Assembly: GCF_003086415.1 (NCBI RefSeq)
Contig: NZ_QEFP02000008.1
Span: 1 to 12,464, forward strand
Direction: 5' to 3'
Source of the DNA: Candidatus Nanobsidianus stetteri
GTDB lineage: Archaea; Nanobdellota; Nanobdellia; Nanobdellales; Nanobdellaceae
DNA: 12,464 nucleotides
Shown: positions 8,222 to 12,464 of the stretch, one piece after another
Layout of the letters: each line of letters opens with the position of its first letter
Position numbering within the stretch: the first letter of the stretch is position 1
Notes under the pieces: model-generated
Databases searched by the model: none
Told to the model about the DNA's origin: nothing
The model's input: the letters and a program-made list of their open reading frames with translations, nothing else
Made by a program: the position numbers and the translations under genes

Positions 8222-8949
8222 CTTACAGTAATTAAAGGTTTGTCTTCGCCTATTACAACCGAATAATCAAATATTGTTTCTTCCTTTTTATTATTATCCA
8301 TATTTATATATTCTATAAATCTTGTATGTCCAAATGGTTTTCTAAATATTTTTATATTTTCTAATCTTCCAATTGTACTTACTTTTGCTCCATAGAATAT
8401 ATATATTAAATTTCCCTTATTCATTTTTATTATCTTTTCTATCTTATTTTCTTTTGTATTAAATAGAATACTATCTCCTGTTTTTATATCTTTATCATCA
8501 ATTATAAAATTCCTTCCATCAATTCCAGTAACCTGTATTTTTCCTCCCTTAACAAGATTTTTCCTTACAATTTTTATTATTTTCAAATCTTTTTCTTGTT
8601 CTGGAATTTCAATTAATTTTAATTTTAAATTATTAGACATAACAACCCTATAATTTTTATTTAAATCTTTAATTGATATAACATCAAATAATCCAACGCT
8701 ATATCCTAAATCTTTTATCTTCTTATTATTTACCAAAACTTTTTCATTTCTTAATAAATATTTTGCTTCCTTCTTATTTTTTACAATTTTTAAATAATCT
8801 CTTAACCATAATAATATTGGCATACTATATTCAAACTTATATCCATTTGTTGATGGTCTAATAATCCAATAATATTTCTTTCTACTTATTGGCCATGTTT
8901 TTGGTATTGTAATATTTCTTAGATGCCTTTTATTGGAAACATGAGCCAT
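8218..8949 (-). CDS. rps4e: Ribosomal protein S4e (eS4)
   Basis: 243 aa. The N-terminus KRHLRNITIPKTWPISRKKYYWIIRPSTNGYKFEYSMPILLWLRDYLKIVKNKKEAKYLL...VLVNNKKIKDLGYSVGLFDVISI matches the eS4 family. Confidence 0.95.
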   Translation of the reverse strand: MAHVSNKRHLRNITIPKTWPISRKKYYWIIRPSTNGYKFEYSMPILLWLRDYLKIVKNKKEAKYLLRNEKVLVNNKKIKDLGYSVGLFDVISIKDLNKNYRVVMSNNLKLKLIEIPEQEKDLKIIKIVRKNLVKGGKIQVTGIDGRNFIIDDKDIKTGDSILFNTKENKIEKIIKMNKGNLIYIFYGAKVSTIGRLENIKIFRKPFGHTRFIEYINMDNNKKEETIFDYSVVIGEDKPLITVR

Positions 8950-8986
8950 TTTATTATTTTTTAATAACTATTTTTAAAATATTTCC

Positions 8987-9520
8987 TTATTTAAATTTTT
9001 TGTTCAATTCGGTTACTTTTGCCAATTCATCTTCCTTTACTGAGAAATTATTTACCAATTGATTTACTAATTCTTCTATTTTATTTTCTTCAATATTTTT
9101 TGATTTCATTTTTCTTTTTATGATTTCTATTCTCTTTTTATCCTTTAAATTCAGCCTTAATATTAATAATTTTGAACTATGAATTGGTCTATAAACTTCT
9201 CTATTTGCCTTATTTGTAAATTTAATATTATCTATATATACTTTATATCTTTTTCTATCTATATAGATTACAAATCCTTCAGTATTTCTATATTTACCTC
9301 TTAAAACTTTAACATAATCTCCAACCCTCAAAGGTAAAGAATTTATTTTAATTAAATTCTTTATATCTTTTGATAACATTGAAGAGATTATCTTACCCCT
9401 AATATGTAAAGGAGCATTTATTATATATTTTCTTTGTTTTCTAGAATTTTTAGAAGATTTCCATGATGAACTCCAATCTTTATAATCAATATTTTTTATT
9501 TTTAGAACCATTTTATACAA
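8987..9520 (-). CDS. rpl24: Ribosomal protein L24 (uL24) with a C-terminal K/E-rich extension
   Basis: SRKQRKYIINAPLHIRGKIISSMLSKDIK...LPLRVGDYVKVLRGKYRNTEGFVIYIDRKRYKVYIDNI...REVYRPIHSSKLLILRL is the KOW-containing archaeal uL24 core. About 45 extra residues follow it. The start is ambiguous: 9520 overlaps L14 by 8 nt, while M4 at 9511 gives no overlap. Confidence 0.9.
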   Translation of the reverse strand: MYKMVLKIKNIDYKDWSSSWKSSKNSRKQRKYIINAPLHIRGKIISSMLSKDIKNLIKINSLPLRVGDYVKVLRGKYRNTEGFVIYIDRKRYKVYIDNIKFTNKANREVYRPIHSSKLLILRLNLKDKKRIEIIKRKMKSKNIEENKIEELVNQLVNNFSVKEDELAKVTELNKKFK

Positions 9521-9917
9521 TTATACTTGCAATTTTTCCAATTTCTGGCCATCTTTCAACAACTTCTCTTGCCACTGGTCCTCTGATAATTGTACCTGCC
9601 GGTGTTCCGGTTTTTTCATCTTTTATAATTACGCAAGCATTATCTTCAAACTTTATTCTTGTACCATCTTTTCTTCTATATTCTTTTCTTTGTCTAATTA
9701 TAACAGCTTTCATAACCTTTCCAACTAATGATAAATCTCCATCTATTATTGATACAGAAACCATATCAGCAACTCCTGCTCTAGCATATCTTCTCTTTAC
9801 ACCTTTATATCCAACCACAGAAATTACCTTTGCTAATTTTGCCTTTGAATTATCTGCAACCTTTAAAATCGTACCAACAGTAATTCCCCTTGTTACTTTT
9901 GCACTAATTGGCTTCAT
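9513..9917 (-). CDS. rpl14: Ribosomal protein L14 (uL14)
   Basis: 134 aa. GTILKVADNSKAKLAKVISV...ARAGVADMVSVSI...GKVMKAVIIRQRKEYRRKDGTRIKFEDNACVII...GTIIRGPVAREVVERWPEIGKIASIIV is canonical uL14. There is a 4-nt overlap with S17. Confidence 0.95.
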   Translation of the reverse strand: MKPISAKVTRGITVGTILKVADNSKAKLAKVISVVGYKGVKRRYARAGVADMVSVSIIDGDLSLVGKVMKAVIIRQRKEYRRKDGTRIKFEDNACVIIKDEKTGTPAGTIIRGPVAREVVERWPEIGKIASIIV

Positions 9918-10249
9918 TTTTTACTAATTACAACGAAATTTATTGTTTTTGATATTGGCCTTGTCTCCCCGATAATAACTTCATCACCTTCTTTTATATC
10001 TAAACATTTTGGAACATGGGCTTTAATTTTTGATCTTCTTATCATATATCTTTCATATTTTTGGACATAATAATATCTATAAAAGGTTATTAAAGCAATT
10101 CTTCTCCTAACTCTCTCAACTTTTCCTTCAAATAATAATCCTCTTACTCTTATTTCCCCATGCCATGGACATTTTTTGTCATCACATACCTTTTCCGGAG
10201 GATTTATACCTTCAATTCCAATATCCTTAACATGAGTCTTTTGTACCAT
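9914..10249 (-). CDS. rps17: Ribosomal protein S17 (uS17)
   Basis: 111 aa. CDDKKCPWHGEIRVRGLLFEGKVERVRRRIALITFYRYYYVQKYERYMIRRSKIKAHVPKCLDIKEGDEVIIGETRPISKTINFVVI is the archaeal uS17 pattern. Confidence 0.95.
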   Translation of the reverse strand: MVQKTHVKDIGIEGINPPEKVCDDKKCPWHGEIRVRGLLFEGKVERVRRRIALITFYRYYYVQKYERYMIRRSKIKAHVPKCLDIKEGDEVIIGETRPISKTINFVVISKK

Positions 10250-10293
10250 TTTATGATTAAATTATAAATAGATTTAAAAATAATATTTCTAGA

Positions 10294-10347
10294 GGGATGA
10301 TGATGGATCAACGACCTGAATAGTGATGATTGATGGGCAAACTGAAA
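10294..10347 (+). ncRNA. C/D box sRNA (2'-O-methylation guide)
   Basis: All four boxes are canonical with archaeal spacing. The order is: C box ATGATGA (10297-10303); 12-nt guide TGGATCAACGAC; D' CTGA (10316-10319); 3-nt loop ATA; C' GTGATGA (10323-10329); 12-nt guide TTGATGGGCAAA; D CTGA (10342-10345). This is a GC-richer island in an AT-rich intergenic gap. A TATA-like TTATAAATA lies about 25-30 nt upstream. The exact ends are not determinable. Confidence 0.85.
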
Positions 10348-10349
10348 AT

Positions 10350-11282
10350 TTATAAAATTTTTAATAATAGTTCTAATCCTTCTTTAAGATAATCTTCATT
10401 TACTTTATCAATAGTATCTGCTTCTGAATGGTAGAATTTTATCCAATCATTATTAGATTCTGATATCTGTATAGATTTTTCATATAAATATTCTGACATT
10501 ATTGGAAATGCTTCTCTAATATATTCTTTTGTTAATATTGGCTTTGAATGTCCAAACATATCATATACAATAATCTTTTCGCTTTTTTCTAATATTTCTT
10601 TATATTCATATTCAAAAACTCTATAACCATATCCCCAATAATATGGTTTATCATATGATAATTCTTCACAACCTGAAAATACTATTAGATTTTCTTTAAG
10701 ATTTATTTTATTATTTATTATTGCATATAATAAGGTTGCTGTTCCTGAAGAATTATCTACAGTTCCATTAAATACTGTATCGAAATGAGTAAAAATTATA
10801 TTTTTTGGATTTTTTATATTTCCAATTAATATATTTTCATTTTTTATTAACTTTCTTTTTACATTAACATAAACCTTTATTTCTTCTGAATTTATAACTT
10901 TAATTAAATCTGATTTTTTTATATTTATTACTGGAAAATCATAGAAAATTACTCCAGAATATGCATCATAATACTGATTATAATTTATATGTGGTACACT
11001 TATTTCTTGCTTTATATTTTGACTTGAATATATATTTTTCTCTTCAAAATATCCAGAAACAAAAGAATTTGCCTTTCCAATTATTTTTTCTCCATTATCT
11101 AAAATTATATATGATCCTTCATCAAAAGGTATAGAAACATAAAAATATTGATCAAAAAAATCTATTCCAACTTTCTCCAAATTTTCTTTTATGTACTTAA
11201 TTGTTTTATTTATAGCTTCTTCATTATTCCTTGGAGAAAACTTTTCTAAATCTTTGATTATATCTATTATTTTATATTCCAT
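10350..11282 (-). CDS. M28-family zinc metallopeptidase (aminopeptidase-like)
   Basis: 310 aa. The five M28 metal and catalytic positions are recognisable in order: THFDTV (H), GTVDNSSGTATLL (D in the DNxSG motif), FSGCEEL (EE), IVYDMFGH (D), FYHSEADTIDKV (H). The start overlaps the stop of the upstream 335-aa ORF by 11 nt. Confidence 0.75.
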   Translation of the reverse strand: MEYKIIDIIKDLEKFSPRNNEEAINKTIKYIKENLEKVGIDFFDQYFYVSIPFDEGSYIILDNGEKIIGKANSFVSGYFEEKNIYSSQNIKQEISVPHINYNQYYDAYSGVIFYDFPVINIKKSDLIKVINSEEIKVYVNVKRKLIKNENILIGNIKNPKNIIFTHFDTVFNGTVDNSSGTATLLYAIINNKINLKENLIVFSGCEELSYDKPYYWGYGYRVFEYEYKEILEKSEKIIVYDMFGHSKPILTKEYIREAFPIMSEYLYEKSIQISESNNDWIKFYHSEADTIDKVNEDYLKEGLELLLKIL

Positions 11283-11286
11283 ATAT
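11224..11286. repeat. Direct repeat copy A (63 bp), covering the start codon, first 19 codons and 4 nt upstream of the peptidase gene
   Basis: TTATTCCTTGGAGAAAACTTTTCTAAATCTTTGATTATATCTATTATTTTATATTCCATATAT is identical at all 63 positions to 12402-12464. The left flanks diverge immediately (a at 11223, t at 12401). Confidence 0.95.
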
Positions 11287-12279
11287 ATATCTTATAGTAT
11301 TTATAATATAAGGAGTTATATTTTTACTTATAAATTTTACATAATTTTCTTCACCAATTATTCTTCTTTTTATTAGTTTTTGCATATATAGTTCTAATGG
11401 TAGTATATCATATCCTGTTTTATTCTTTGCTTCCTTATAGAGACGTCTTGTCTTTTTACCTGCTGATGGTTTTCTAGGGTCTTCTTCGAGTAATACATAT
11501 CCACTTCCTGACAATAATGCTAAAGCTATATATGGGTTCATTTCCATTTTATATTTCTTACTTTCTTCTTTATAAATATGACTTGCATCGTATATCCTAA
11601 ATCTTAATTGTTTGTCGTTATATTCGAAAGATAATTTATATCCAGATATTTTATATTCAACTTTATTTGCTATCTTTATTCCATTTTTAAATTCCTTATT
11701 CACTAATTCTATCTTATCTTCAAATTCCTCTATTTTATAATTATTAATTTCAAAAATACGCTTAGATACTCCACCTATATAATATAATGTTGCTAATCCC
11801 CAGAAGTCTAATATATTTACTATACCATTAGTTACTTTTCCTCTATTTCTTAAATAATTCAGAGATTCATTCATATATGTTAATTCAGTTTCTTCCGCCA
11901 TTTCACTTATTTTATTGACATCTAGATATACATCTCTTATTATTTTAATATTTTTCTTCAATTGAGATTTTGATTCAACTGCTATATTATATCGAGATTT
12001 GCTATATAATATTTGAGGTCTAACAAATATTTTCTTTTTTTGATTGTAAAAAGAAAATTTATCATCTCCCCACTGTAGGATATCTAAAATTACATTATTT
12101 ACTTCATATTCATATTTATCTATTGTATTTATTATCCCTTTAATATGCAATAATGCTAATATTGTTTCTATATTGTATGGTGCTATTGGCCTTGCAAACA
12201 TAAACTTTAACTCTCCATCTTTTCCTGCTTTTTGTAAAATCTTTTCTAGACTTCTCCTTATATATTTATAAAACCCCAC
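11272..12279 (-). CDS. Hypothetical protein (335 aa), orphan ORF inside the repeat-bracketed unit
   Basis: Uninterrupted 1008-nt ORF. It can only start at GTG 12279, because an in-frame TAA lies at 12286-12288, or at the first ATG (M27, 12201). No confident family assignment. There are three weak LAGLIDADG-like helices (LALLHIKGII, GLATLYYIGGV, ALALLSGSGYV) that lack the acidic residues. Confidence 0.6.
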   Translation of the reverse strand: MGFYKYIRRSLEKILQKAGKDGELKFMFARPIAPYNIETILALLHIKGIINTIDKYEYEVNNVILDILQWGDDKFSFYNQKKKIFVRPQILYSKSRYNIAVESKSQLKKNIKIIRDVYLDVNKISEMAEETELTYMNESLNYLRNRGKVTNGIVNILDFWGLATLYYIGGVSKRIFEINNYKIEEFEDKIELVNKEFKNGIKIANKVEYKISGYKLSFEYNDKQLRFRIYDASHIYKEESKKYKMEMNPYIALALLSGSGYVLLEEDPRKPSAGKKTRRLYKEAKNKTGYDILPLELYMQKLIKRRIIGEENYVKFISKNITPYIINTIRYIYGI

Positions 12280-12401
12280 CCCGCCTTATCTCAGAATGGT
12301 AGGTGTCCATAGTAGTATGATTTTCATAAAAACTTTTAAAAATTTTATTGAACAATTACTATACTTTCTCAGCTATCGCCAGTACCCATACAGACGTAAG
12401 T
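11287..12401. mobile_element. Candidate small inserted element or remnant between the direct repeats (alternatives: tandem duplication or assembly artefact)
   Basis: The segment is bracketed by perfect direct repeats of a gene 5' end. It carries one orphan ORF and a compositionally distinct 122-nt non-coding end. No recognisable integrase or transposase motifs were seen, so confidence is low. Confidence 0.25.
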
Positions 12402-12460
12402 TTATTCCTTGGAGAAAACTTTTCTAAATCTTTGATTATATCTATTATTTTATATTCCAT
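12359..12460 (-). pseudogene. Duplicated 5' fragment of the M28 peptidase gene fused to unrelated sequence
   Basis: The minus strand from ATG 12460 reads MEYKIIDIIKDLEKFSPRN, identical to peptidase codons 1-19. It then diverges to KLTSVWVLAIAEKV and stops (TAG), giving 33 aa in total. Confidence 0.6.
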
Positions 12461-12464
12461 ATAT
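12402..12464. repeat. Direct repeat copy B (at least 63 bp, truncated by the window end)
   Basis: Identical to 11224-11286, at an offset of 1178 bp. The match runs to the last base of the window, so its true right-hand extent is unknown. Confidence 0.95.

Noticed and set aside
7647-8231. 194-aa ORF on the plus strand (and similarly 9463..9927 +, 154 aa)
   Set aside because: Both are fully antisense to the clearly identified L5 and L14 genes. Their translations are low-complexity and hydrophobic (F/I/L/T/P/S-rich), as expected for the shadow frame of AT-rich coding DNA, and resemble no known family.
10304-10315. D' guide of the C/D sRNA targeting the universally conserved 5' end of SSU rRNA (it shares GUUGAUCC with the archaeal ..CCGGUUGAUCCUGCC.. 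sequence)
   Set aside because: Only 8 contiguous base pairs would form. The three positions nearest the D' box, next to the predicted methylation site, are mismatched against the conserved rRNA sequence. The real target cannot be named without the organism's rRNA and tRNA sequences.
12274-12325. Possible split-tRNA half: the 12-nt G/C tract CCCCACCCCGCC (GGCGGGGTGGGG on the minus strand) resembles the GC-rich complementary leaders that join Nanoarchaeum split tRNA halves
   Set aside because: The 37 nt preceding the tract on the minus strand (..ACTACTATGGACACCTACCATTCTGAGATAA) cannot be folded into acceptor, D-arm and anticodon-stem pairings. No T-arm (GTTCRAATC-like) follows on the plus strand. 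The complementary tract is not present in this window.
12285-12395. Second C/D box sRNA on the minus strand (two CTGA boxes, each preceded at 12-13 nt by a TATGG-containing heptamer)
   Set aside because: The putative C/C' boxes (UGUAUGG, ACUAUGG) lack the UGAUGA core needed for the k-turn G.A pairs. The D'-to-C' spacer would be about 50 nt rather than the 3-9 nt seen in archaeal sRNAs. It is kept only as an unexplained repeated motif.
1-12464. CRISPR arrays, tRNA/rRNA genes, IS elements with terminal inverted repeats
   Set aside because: No regularly spaced short repeats were found. No GC-rich cloverleaf-capable islands were found other than those discussed. No transposase-like ORFs or inverted terminal repeats were recognised on either strand.

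Overview
Strongly AT-rich, very compact archaeal chromosomal segment. Gene content and the fused primase suggest a reduced DPANN/Nanoarchaeota-like genome; this is inference only. Almost all of it is coding, and many neighbouring genes overlap by 1-8 nt. From left to right: a ZPR1-type zinc-finger protein (+); then on the minus strand SepF, prefoldin beta, archaeal-type GluRS, Spt4 and Rpo7/RpoE'; a single-polypeptide PriS + PriL-CTD primase (+); a small Toprim protein (-); two overlapping hypothetical genes that look like distant paralogs (+); a minus-strand ribosomal protein cluster S17-L14-L24-S4e-L5-L6-L32e; a textbook C/D box sRNA (+) in the 100-nt gap upstream of S17; an M28-type metallopeptidase (-); and an orphan 335-aa ORF (-). 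Observations worth a second look: (1) a perfect 63-bp direct repeat, cut by the window end, duplicates the start of the peptidase gene and brackets an 1178-bp unit holding the orphan ORF and a 122-nt GC-elevated non-coding segment with an internally repeated motif; (2) the L32e gene is broken by a 1-nt frame change inside its most conserved motif; (3) the C/D sRNA; (4) the fused primase with a Toprim neighbour; (5) S14 and S8 are missing from between L5 and L6. No tRNA, rRNA or CRISPR array was recognised. All calls come from reading the sequence and ORF translations by eye; no database search was run.
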